NCBI GenBank assembly: GCA_964036045.1
Contig: OZ038378.1
Location: 157,542,001 to 157,606,000, forward strand
Source of the DNA: Eutreptiella sp. 'Long Island Sound 2002'
Lineage: Eukaryota > Protista > Euglenida
Direction of reading: 5' to 3'
DNA: 64,000 bases
Shown: positions 13,001 to 22,150 of the stretch, piece by piece
How positions within the stretch are numbered: the stretch's first letter is position 1
Layout: every line of letters begins with the position of its first letter
The notes under the pieces: model-generated
Told to the model about the DNA's origin: nothing
The model's input: only the letters and a program-made list of their open reading frames with translations
Databases searched by the model: none
Position numbers and translations under genes: made by a program

Positions 13001-16000
13001 TTCATCCCCTGTCCTGCTTTCATGCGCCACCGCAATATCAGATAGCTCAGGGATACACACTTTGTACGTCTGGGATACACGTGTGGTGCATCAAAGGTGG
13101 TATTGACGTCCAACAGGGAGGTGTTTTCAAAAGGGGCCCTGGGTGGGCATTTGCCAGAAAACCCCCCAAAAACACTACTCTTTTCGGACATGCAAAATGG
13201 GGGGTGCAAAATTGGGGGGTCCACAAACCCTAGTTATCCACTTCATCTACATTTTTGGGGGGGTGAGCACACCGTTTGGCCTTGGGCGACATGATGAGGC
13301 CACGGCCAACTGAGTTGCATGCTGGCGGTCGGGAGGACCGCATTTGATGCTCCATGACTTGTGATGTTGATATGATGACATGCGTAGGGGAACCTTGCCT
13401 GTAGGGGCCCGTAGGGGCATGCACGTCGCGCGTAGTGTGCCCCCTGGAGGACCATTGTTTTGTTGGTAAGGACTGCGCTGAGGGACCGAGGAGTCCAAAG
13501 GGGAGGTGATCAGACTTTGGAGGGATGTGCAAAGGGTGGCCACAGGTCCTGTGGTCAGGGACCTTCGGGGTATAACAATGAAGGGGGAGTGGGGGAGGGC
13601 TGGTGGAACTTCTAGGGCACGTGTTTGTCGCCCTTTCATTGAGGAAATCCTCCAGAATGCTCAGATTGTGTGCAGTCATTCGAGTGGCAGAGGGGGAGGG
13701 CGGGGGGCTTTACTTTTTCCCGAGGTCAGTGTACAATCGCGGTCTGTTCCTCACCTCCTGGATTTTCAGTGTAGTTTGCTGTTTTCTATTGTGGACCGTC
13801 CCAAGACTATCCTTGGGCAAACAAGATAGTTTTTCTGGCCCCATGACCTTTGGCACGCCAACCGCTGATGGTTGACCGCCAACAGACGTCCTTGAATGCG
13901 GAACACCAGCGGGTAGCAACCAACCCACAGTGGTGAACAGCCAAATGGGCCCCATCTGTGACTTTGTCCACGCGAAGACCACCACATGACCACCACCACC
14001 ACCACCACCCAGGTGCTGATGCCGGCCTTCACCTTTATTATGGTGCAATCCCTCTTATGCCCCCCCCCCCCTGCCGCCAAAGGCTCCAACCACACTATTT
14101 GTCTGCCCACCGGACATTTGTGACCTGATTTGAGAACGATGCTTGTAGCGTTGCAAATTACAAATTTGGTGGCTGGTGTTGATGCCCTTGTGGACCCCCC
14201 CCCCCCCCCACAGGGCTGAGGCGCGACGCCCTGGGGCAATTCAAGTTTTTACTAGGGGCACACTTTTCGGGTCATTTATTGGGCCACAACCCCTTGGGCC
14301 ACAATCCACCTCCCCCTACTAGTGCTGCGTAGGGGGGGCTGGTGGGTCGACTCTGGGCACACAGAAGTCGCGAGCCCAGCATGCATATCCCTCCTCCGGT
14401 GTGGGCCCCGGCATGGGCCAAGGCGCAGGTTGGGTTCAGGGGGGGGGGGATGGGGGGGCTGATGGCGGCAGCAGTGGTAGACCCACATGTGCAGCCATTT
14501 TTCCAGGAAACGCCGCAGGGGATCTCCAGCATCCAGTGCAGTGCTGAATGTGCACTCGTTTCTTCACTCCTGGATTGGCGTGCTCTTGAGTGTTGTGGTT
14601 TGGAGTCAGATCTTGCTGTCATCAGGGTATCACATGGGATGCTGATTTGACCACGCACATCCTGTTTTCTTTGCCAGCCGCCAGGGAGAGTGTTTTCTTT
14701 CACCTGCGCCATTTACTGCAAGTGGAAGCCACTTAGTTTCAGTCAGCACATCTCTCGGGGACATTCAGAATATGCCAATTTTCTGGGTTTTGGCACTTTT
14801 CGGCAATTTCTACAACTTTTGCTTCCATGTGCAAACATGTCGTCACCTGGTGGGGGGGTATGTGTATACTTTTTGAAATCTGCAAGAAAACGCCATGTCG
14901 GAAATGTGTGGGTTGGGGGGGGGTGCCATTTTTCAGTGTAGCACAACACATTGGACAGTGCACACAAACATGGCACTGCACCGTTCATCCATTTTTTGTT
15001 CAGAGGCCATCGGATGCCCCCTTTTGATGGTGTACTTCTCGTAATTGTTGTATTTCACGTTTTTCTCCACATCAATGTCAATGCATGTGGCCAAAAATTC
15101 ATGTTGCGAAGCCTTGGTGGGGTGCGTCTTTCGATCCCAAAACTGGGCAGCAAAAGCAGTGGCCTCAGCGGTCGTCAGAATGGCATGCTCCTTGTGGGAG
15201 CATGCGGGCGGCTGTGAGCGGGAGGTACGGGGCTTTTTTGCCCGGCTACCAGGCTCATGCCAAGTCACCTGCACCCACCCTGCACCCCCAGAGCGAGCCC
15301 TTTTGCGCGTCAACGGCTTTTGTGGTGCATCCGGGGAAGCAACAGCCCGTGGTGTGAAGTTGTATGAAGACATGGCAGCTGCCTGTTGAAAAAAAGAGGC
15401 AGCAAGCAACACATGCACCATCCGAAACGGACATACATCTCAAACATGTCGTCAGCACAGCATGCAGACCCAGGGTGTTCCAAATAGCCCTTTTCAAGGG
15501 CTTTCCGAATATACCCCACATACCCCTACCTCCGGAACACTCAGTGGGCACAAATGAGGCAACAATGGCACCGACCCCCGAAAACCCAGAAAGTTGGCAT
15601 GATCAGCAACGTCCCTGAGAGATATGCATCATGGCACAGACCTCACCCTGGTTTCCGCACACCTCAGTGTACCAATTGGTGCTACGACCTCCCTGTACTA
15701 TGCGGCGTAACACCCTAGCGAGACCCATCCCAATCAGTCTGTTCAGGGCCCATGCCCCAGAGGGAGGGGGTCTCAGCATTTCCTCTTCTACAAATAAATA
15801 TAAATATATATAAATATGTGTGTGAACTCATTAGTGTCATATGGCAGATCTCGAGGTCCCAGCTTAGTGAGGGCAACAGACATTGCGTACTGCTGCAGGG
15901 CTGCTGCTGCCTTGTCGGTGTCCTACCTACACGTCATAGTCGCGTTGCACTCTTTTGTGACAGAAAGGTACCTATGGTCCTCTAGGCTCGACGAGCCAAT

Positions 16001-19000
16001 TTTCTTTGTGCGCTTTGTGCTGATCGCCTCTTGTGGGACATGCAATAGCCCAGGCTTCCTCAGGGCCACTGAGCCTGAGTACGCAAAGGAGGTCTGTCAA
16101 AGACACCGTATGGATCCACCAAGGCACAAAGCCATGCAGATGCAGGAAGGGTTTCCGAGTTCGCAGGCCTAGGAACGGCCTGTAGAGCGCAAACAAAGTG
16201 TTGTTCTCCGCACCCTCGTTCGATGTGCTTCATGTTCACCTGCTGCCCGACGTCCGCATGTTCATTCAGACTATCACTCTGTGACGCGCGTCTACTACAT
16301 CTTGGAGGAGCTGCATCACATTTCCACCGTCTCTGTCATCTCTTTGATTGCGGCCTCCAATATTCTAATCTCCATCATCATCAAATTTAAGTTAGGGGGT
16401 CATCCCCTTGTGAGGTAGCGAGCCCCTCTGTGTGACGCTTGTTTGCAGGGCTTTGTTTTCTTTTAATTACAGTTTTCTGGTGCTCAACTTCGTCTGACCC
16501 CCTCCCCCCTTCCCTTTGCATTTGCTTTTCCGCTACGCCAATTGTTAGGTCGGTTATCCGGGGCAGGAGGTAAGGAATGGAGGAGGGGCTGCAGGATTCA
16601 ACAGGGCAAGAGGGCAAGGGTGCGACAGTCCAGCACAGGTGCGTACGCCCGCAAGTACGACGAACTTCCATAAGGTTGTTCTCAGCCGCAACCACAAAGG
16701 TTGCGCAGTGAAGGCAGTGAAGAACACATTGAGCGCTCTGATCATCCCAGGCAATGCTACCGTGAGTTTGGCCCTCCATCTCTCACCAACCACTTGCCGT
16801 TTGTCAATGCGCAGGTCTGTGTACACCAGTTCAGCGAAGGATGTCAATTTCATTTATGTCCCACCAAAGACTACGTTGCCATTGGGACTGGTGGTGAATA
16901 TCAGTTGCTTGACGGGCTTTTTGTGCATGGCAATGCTGAATATTCTGGTGAATGAAAGGTACGGTGGCTTGTTCTGGAAGGGACGCCATGGTTGTTGCTT
17001 TCATCGAAGTTGGCTGCTCCTTCGTCCCACCGAAGGGGACGGACTTGCAGCCAACACAACCTCCAAGCACCAAGGCCCCACCAGTGCAAGTGGGGCAACA
17101 CTTGCGGGAGCAGTTGGGGCATTTCGATTTGTATTGTGTGGGCAGTCCACAGAGCCGGCAGCAGCATTTGTGAGCAGAGACCCCACTCCCACCGATTGAA
17201 AGTGCTTTCCCCAGTGGCTTGGGACAAGCAACGTGCGCCATTGTTCCTGAAAACGCAAACCAGTGCGTGCGGGCCTGGCTGTGCACTGACACACGACTTT
17301 GCACCGGGAGGGGCCGGGCGTGAGCTTACTGAACCATTTGGGGACTCAATAGCACGCGCTGATACACGCAGCTCGCCATCACGTGACACTCCACGAACAT
17401 CCCACGCATCCTTCACATTCAGTCATTTCCAAGACGGTGAAGTTTGGAGGGTGCCCATCACCACCGGTTGTGGGGCAGGTTCAACAAGGAGGGCTTGTTC
17501 CGCACATACATGGACGGTTGCCCCCCCGCCCCCCCCCCACTGCACCGTTCTCCGGTTTGCCAACAACTATCATTGATGGCCAGGAAGTGCTGCGGATCGC
17601 GGATTGGCGATTCGGAACCCCCTGGCCCTGCGTCACATTGCTCTACCTTCACCCGGGCCGCAAAGGCACAACAGAGCGACTTCACCCGACGCAGTGCTCT
17701 GCAGAGCCGCGCCTAAGGGCAACCCGCCTCTACTGTGACAACCGAGGGCTGCGGCGACCCGGGACTCCACCATTCGGCCCTCCAGACGGCGAGACGCACC
17801 GGTAGACTCCGTCAGCCCCCACACCTTAACAAAGCGTCGGTTGGCCGGCAACTCCTGTGAACACTCGGCGATGCGGAACCCTCCAAACTTCACTGTCTTG
17901 GGAACGACTTTGTATGAGGCATCACCAGGACCGGCGTGGGAGGGACGCCATGGGGCAGAAGCAGCCTTCTGAGCAGAGGGGCAGCTGTCCCACTCCCACC
18001 GAGTGAAACTGTTTCCCCCCGGTGGCTTGGGACAAGCAAATGTAAACAATTCATTCCTAAAATCTCCTAAAAAGCAGTGCGTGCACCTGGAAGTACCCAT
18101 CGGCATATTTACTTAGCTTTCAGGGCAGACCTCCTTCGCAGCCGCCAACAATACTCTGCGGTTCCGAATACAAGTCCGGTGCCTAACTTCCGGGGGGGTC
18201 TAGACCCGCACAGGCCTATGCCACCTTTACGGCGCACTGGCGACCCTTTGCAGCCTTTTTGCCACAAATTTGGCTAATTTGAAGCGAGACATGCCAGAAG
18301 GAGCGGCAGGTTTCATGAATTTGCCAAGTTGTTTTGCCAAATTTGCAGCCGGGCTCCAGGATTCCTGGGCTAAAAAAAAACTTCGGGGGGGGGGGGCCTT
18401 GTATTCAGAACCGCAGAGTACAGCAGATCTTCAGTGCCGCTGTCCGGAGGTGCCAGGGGGAGGCAGGGGGGGAGGGGGCGTTCCTGCCGGCGTGTTCCTG
18501 AGTTCTTGGCTTCACCAATCGTCCGCGCGCAGCAACGTGTTTGTCTTCGTGATGTTGTCCTCGCTGCTGCTGCTGCTGCACCAAGACGCATACCTCTTCA
18601 ACACCTTCAATCCGGACAAGCAGCGCTACGTGCCCCCGCTTGTGAACGTCGAGACCCTGTTGGGCATGATCGCGTTGGTTGAGCTGTACTCCGAGTATTT
18701 TGCGGTGTGGCGCAGGGAGGCGGGGGCAGTGGCGGGCGAGGTTTTGCAAGATTTTGCGCAATGTTACGGAAATACGCGGGCCGCACAATCCTCTGCCGCA
18801 GGCGCCTGCGGGTTTTGTTTTCCGGTTGCCCCAAAACGGGGAAGTTTGCGTTCACCGCACACTTTGGTGCACGGCACGAGGCAGCTTTGCTTGGCAACCG
18901 CCATGTTTGGCACACTTACTGCAGCCTTCAGACGGCCCTTCTCCCATGGATCGCCCCCCTTCCTCTGCTTTGACAATGCCACAGTGGACGCTCCCGCTAC

Positions 19001-20354
19001 GGGCAGGGGTTCAGCCTGTGGCTGGCACCTACAGTCGGCCTCTCGGGTTTGGTTCACACCCGTTGCCGTCCCGTTGCCTGCGGCCCCCTTCCCCTTGACC
19101 GGCCTCCGTCACATTTGGAAAGTGCCAAAGGGCCTTGTTGCCCCATTCCTTGCCCTCTATAACAGGCCACGGCTGAGTGGCGACCGTGACCTATCACGAG
19201 GGGGGGGGAGGTCAGAGGCCAAAAACACAGTTTGGGTACCCAAAATTGACCTCCAGTTTTGGGCCCCTTTGATAAGTTTCATTTTTTCCCCCGAGACAAA
19301 ATTTCTTGATGTGGGGGGCTGGGTGGGTTAGGCGGAGGAGCCCAGGCTGCCATTCCGCCCCCCCCGCTTGCCTTCGCCCAACCCCCCGTGCTGCGGCCCC
19401 TCTTTCCTTCAACGGCCAGCCCCCGTCCGAGTGTTGCCAGCAGGACGACCACGCCCCCAGTGCGTACGCCTCAATGAGAGTAGAGCAGGAGGCAACGGAG
19501 GATGGGTTTGGGCAGAGTCATGGACGAGGCATAGAACAAGGGCCGAGAGGAACGCGCGGAGGGCTGCACTCTGTGAACACTGCCGGTGACACTCTGACCT
19601 GGACAGAAGGCGGGGACGACCGTGACGCAGGCGCGGGTGCAGGCCTGCCCTCATCGATGCCTTCAAACGACTGTTTTGCCCGCGCCGCCCCTCCAGCCCC
19701 TTTGCCACTGCTCAGATGAAGGGGTTCACAGATTGCAGTCCGCTGTCTTTCCTCCTCCTCCTGTGAGCCGTGCGCTTTGAGTGGCTGTGGTTTGATACAC
19801 GCAGGGCTGATGCATCACGCATTGTACATAGAGGTTGAGCTTGGGGTGGGCGGACAGGGCTCCCAGCATGCAGTGGTGTCTGCATTCTTACCCTCCCCAC
19901 CCCTTGTCGTTCCCCGGGGGCCTGCTGCCCTCGACTGGCCCATTTGCCCTACGCCCTACGGACCCTCCCCCCGCCCTCTGCCCAGACGCCTCATGCCCTC
20001 GTATCCCTTTCGGGCCGTCCATGTCCTATGCCCCAGTCATCCTCCGCGCTCACGCCCGCGCACCTCTCAAGCACCCCATCCCCCCACCCTTGGCTCTTGT
20101 AGGGGCGCATGTTCCGGGATCTGATGATGCTGCTGTTCGTCGTGCCGTCGCATTTGGTCCTCTGGAACTTCCTCAACACTTTCAAGGCCCCGAGGCCCAT
20201 CCCCGGCTTCGTTGCCGCAGGCCTGGCGGTGATCGCCATCCTGGTCACCACGATGCCCCCCATCCGATGGTTGGCGCTCACCGGAGTCGGGGGCATCGGG
20301 GGCATCTTCTTCGCCGTGACGCTCTGGTCCAAGCAGCGTGAGACTATCTTGTAG
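970..20354 (+). CDS. NEF1: Multi-exon NEF1 (NO EXINE FORMATION 1)-like polytopic membrane protein, 5'-partial; join approx. 970-1075, 2476-2567, 5697-5906, 7818-7942, 9165-9336, 12056-12209, 16270-16390, 18124-~18197, 18533-18704, 20103-20354
   Basis: GT-AG exons with matching phases from 970 to 18124. Peptides are colinear with Arabidopsis NEF1 as recalled: SYISKLVVF~LYSAKLAML; [11 protein letters not shown]~ADDISIY..PTW; LAHFPKA~FTHFPSA; [15 protein letters not shown]~LYAAIFMLIALLIKF; [24 protein letters not shown]~LLLLNQDSDLLSGFGDKQRYFP; [11 protein letters not shown]~LALLILTAPGH. Stop TAG at 20352-20354. Confidence 0.8.
1885..2330 (+). mobile_element. Dispersed repeat headed by a degenerate (CCCTAA)n tract, copy 1
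   Basis: cctaagcctag...ccctaaccctcaccctaacc followed by tgaatattgggaccgagctggtggggga and a body with gggctcaaaatggg motifs; the same head and body occur inverted at ~59900-60430. Confidence 0.8.
2476..2567 (+). CDS. NEF1: NEF1-like exon ([31 protein letters not shown])
   Basis: ttgcag| acceptor phase 1, |gtgtgt donor phase 0; hydrophobic segment then basic patch as in NEF1 LLLYKEKSK. Confidence 0.7.
4302..4988. mobile_element. Foldback/Mutator-like non-autonomous element with ~40-bp imperfect subterminal inverted repeats
   Basis: ggaatgaaccggcgg..cggcggttcggctcggc (4308-4350) is inverted at 4937-4980; flanked by the 11-bp direct repeat gtagccggtgg (4291-4301, 4989-4999); internal tandem units. 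Confidence 0.6.
5697..5906 (+). CDS. NEF1: NEF1-like exon ([12 protein letters not shown]...[16 protein letters not shown])
   Basis: tcag|/|gtctg, phase 0/0; two TM-like segments matching NEF1 ..SDGLLLGFCIVLIGLACIPI..HFSH. Confidence 0.75.
6531..7390. repeat. Long compound (CA)n/(CACG)n/(CACACC)n microsatellite ending in (TC)n
   Basis: Directly visible; source of the spurious H/T- and C/V-rich ORFs. Confidence 0.98.
7818..7942 (+). CDS. NEF1: NEF1-like exon ([13 protein letters not shown]...[11 protein letters not shown])
   Basis: tttgcag|/|gtgtgt, phase 0/2. Confidence 0.75.
8695..8870 (-). mobile_element. Short dispersed repeat (gaagggac..ctcagaggcggccccag..cggttag..aggcggttggagga..ttgccaaagcgg family)
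   Basis: Matches a repeat I recall as abundant in euglenid-type sequence; single copy here, so family status rests on recall. Confidence 0.4.
9165..9336 (+). CDS. NEF1: NEF1-like exon ([10 protein letters not shown]...[12 protein letters not shown])
   Basis: ttgcag|/|gtatgt, phase 2/0, consistent with neighbours. Confidence 0.75.
9497..9860. repeat. Degenerate ~50-bp minisatellite built from GTGCAC palindromes
   Basis: Repeated ggtgcacgatgtcgtgcaccatcgtgcaccgggtgcacaat. Confidence 0.95.
10841..10910 (+). pseudogene. tRNA-like sequence (tRNA pseudogene or tRNA-derived SINE head)
   Basis: A-box-like cctagcggta, B-box ggttcgaacc at tRNA spacing, hairpin cctgtg-tta-cacagg between them; acceptor stem does not close. 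Confidence 0.6.
11540..11687. mobile_element. 148-bp PIF/Harbinger (Tourist-like) MITE
   Basis: Perfect 8-bp TIR gggggcgt/acgccccc, TTA target duplication on both sides (11537-39, 11688-90), internal gcacagcgc repeats. Confidence 0.7.
12056..12209 (+). CDS. NEF1: NEF1-like exon ([51 protein letters not shown])
   Basis: tatgcag|/|gtaagc, phase 0/1; alternative in-frame acceptor at 12031. Confidence 0.75.
14950..15360 (-). pseudogene. Decayed DNA-transposase N-terminal fragment, Sola-like
   Basis: [48 protein letters not shown] fits the C..l(s/t)..e...f..FW......Q..Fl...I....Y.....VC...F pattern recalled from Sola-type transposases. Confidence 0.35.
15740..16005 (-). mobile_element. Dispersed repeat, inverted relative to copies at ~47205-47460 and ~52265-52700
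   Basis: Reverse complement reads aaaattggctcgtcgagcctagaggaccataggtacctttctgtcaca, shared with 47276-47325 and 52520-52570. Confidence 0.75.
16270..16390 (+). CDS. NEF1: NEF1-like exon ([40 protein letters not shown]); not in the ORF track
   Basis: ttcag| acceptor phase 1, |gttagg donor phase 2; [13 protein letters not shown] matches NEF1 AAIFMLIALLIKF. Confidence 0.7.
16550..17300 (-). pseudogene. Degenerate element ORF remnants: Cys-rich zinc-finger-like stretch plus a possible DIRS-type RNase H-like segment
   Basis: [25 protein letters not shown]; WDINEIDIL and [14 protein letters not shown] loosely resemble the HINxLEL / ALxxF...LxxDNTT motifs; frames are broken. Confidence 0.25.
18124..18197 (+). 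CDS. NEF1: Probable NEF1-like exon ([25 protein letters not shown]); 3' boundary uncertain
   Basis: ctttcag| acceptor phase 2 gives IKFKADLLRSR (~NEF1 IKFELTSLLREK); no GT donor in the phase needed for the next exon. Confidence 0.45.
18533..18704 (+). CDS. NEF1: NEF1-like exon ([57 protein letters not shown])
   Basis: Contains the LLLLxQD...DKQRYxP signature; donor gcg|gtgtgg is phase 0; true 5' boundary may lie further upstream. Confidence 0.8.
20103..20354 (+). CDS. NEF1: NEF1-like terminal exon ([17 protein letters not shown]...[10 protein letters not shown])
   Basis: cttgtag| acceptor phase 0; three TM-like segments; stop TAG. Confidence 0.8.
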   Translation, partial: GRMFRDLMMLLFVVPSHLVLWNFLNTFKAPRPIPGFVAAGLAVIAILVTTMPPIRWLALTGVGGIGGIFFAVTLWSKQRETIL

Positions 20355-20402
20355 TGCGCACGCGCTGACCCCAGGCGGCCACCGAACCTCAGGCCTGACT
20401 TC

Positions 20403-20446
20403 GACACTGACACTGACACTGACACTGACACTGACACTGACACTGA
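20403..20446. repeat. (GACACT)n microsatellite in the putative 3' UTR of the NEF1-like gene
   Basis: Seven tandem hexamers. Confidence 0.95.
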
Positions 20447-21399
20447 TAGAGACACAGAGCTGTGGAGAGCAGACTCCTGAATGGTTGGTCGAGGTTTTGA
20501 CTTCTTTTTTGCCGCTTTTTAGGGACGGAACAGCGGGCACACACGTGGCATGAAACTAACGCCTACTCGGACTAGGGTCAAGTCCAGGGCACAATGGGCG
20601 TAGGAACCCCGCTCCTTGCGCTTCAATCCCTTTGCGTTGCATCGCTATGGGCGTGTGTGGGCGCGCACGCGTGTGTATGTCGTGTGTGCGGAGGAGGCCA
20701 TCGGGTCCAATATTTGAGCCCTAGTCAATTCATGTTGCCTACCTTCCTGTGCGGGAGATGGCCATTCTTGTGAACACTTCTTGGTGGGGGTGCGGTTCGA
20801 CTACAGGACCGACCCTTGCGGGGAAGCTCAATAGCAGGCGCCGTTTTTTTTTGTTGCCTCTGGTTTGTTGTCAAAATGGGGTTGCGCACACAAGGCAGCC
20901 CAGGCTACGACCTGGTGCCCAACAGGCTCATGATGTGTGCCACGAACATCACTTGATTCTCAGCCGGTTTTGTTTTGAACAATGTGGTTGTCCCCGGATC
21001 ATTCTTTGTGCTGCTGCGGAATAAAAAAAAGTGTTGTGGCACAAAATGTCGTGCGTTTGTGCGGTTTGGGATCCCGGCGCCTCTAAGTTCTGCTCCATGG
21101 GGAGGGCGGGTGAGAGTGTTCGGGAGTATGGGCGTACGGTGCCCATTTGTACACGTGAGGGTGAGTCAACAGAGGGGAGGAAGTGGGGCCTGTGCTCAGT
21201 CAAGCCCACGCTGCTCTTGATGCGAAGGGGGATCGGGCCACCTCGAGTACGCTGACCCCGTGGGACAGTATGCGAGCGGCACTACGCTGGACAACGGGGA
21301 TGGGGTGGGGGGCACTGCAGATGGCGGTACAGACACAGTCCGCCAGAAAAGCTGGACTTCACTGACATGACCCCGAGCCATCAAGGGCGGTGCCATGGC

Positions 21400-22150
21400 G
21401 AGGCTCCCGCACGAAAGGGTCCGGAAATACCACACAGTTCTGTCCGGGGACCCGTAACGCCTCCACGCAATATCGCACCGCGGGCGGATCCAGGGAAGGG
21501 ATGGTGTTCATGGGGGGGGGGCATGGCAGTGTTTGGTCTGCGTACATCGCTTTGACCGGATTCCCTGACATTGCCCTGCCGGACGATGGCACGTTCACAA
21601 ATGGGGGTATCCTCGCAGGGACGCGGGGACGTGAGGGCGCTTGGCAGTACGCCAGCAGGTTCCAGCGCCCTCTTGCCCTAAACCATCTTTTCCCCAGGAG
21701 ACCTGCTCACCATTTCACTGGATGGCGCGAGCCGGTCTGAGGCACACATTGTGGTACTGCCCCGAGCGAAGCACCCCCCCCCCCCCCTCTTCAACCTTCT
21801 CCAACCCGCAAACAATTCGATAGCCGACAGGCGATTCAACGCGACATGCCGTCGGTGGCAGGGGATGCTCTATGCAGTTGGGCATGGCTGCTGACACAGG
21901 GGCAGTGCCACTCCTGGTTGAACTATGTTGGACGGCTGCATAGCGTATAGCCCCCCTCGGAACTAACCCATGCACCTCGGCTATAACCCTGCACACCACC
22001 ATGGGAACGCCCACCGCCGCATCCATTTCCTGCACAGCGCGCGGCAGGAGTGAAGGTTTACCAGCACAGTCTCCGGGCAGCATTGGGTTGCTACCGGGTG
22101 AGGGGGTGCAGATTTGCTACATGGGTACATGGGTGGGGTCCCTGTCTGCC
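21400..22150 (+). pseudogene. Possible decayed tyrosine-recombinase fragment
   Basis: VYQHSLRAALGCYR..WVHGWG resembles the HxxR box and downstream GW motif of YR enzymes; multiple stops. Confidence 0.2.

Noticed and set aside
13730-13870. Extra NEF1-like exon ([21 protein letters not shown])
   Set aside because: Hydrophobic and phase-1 compatible at its start, but not required by the alignment; cannot be supported without transcripts
15851-15968. Apparent AG..GT exon ([16 protein letters not shown]..)
   Set aside because: It is the reverse complement of the dispersed repeat also found at ~47280 and ~52520
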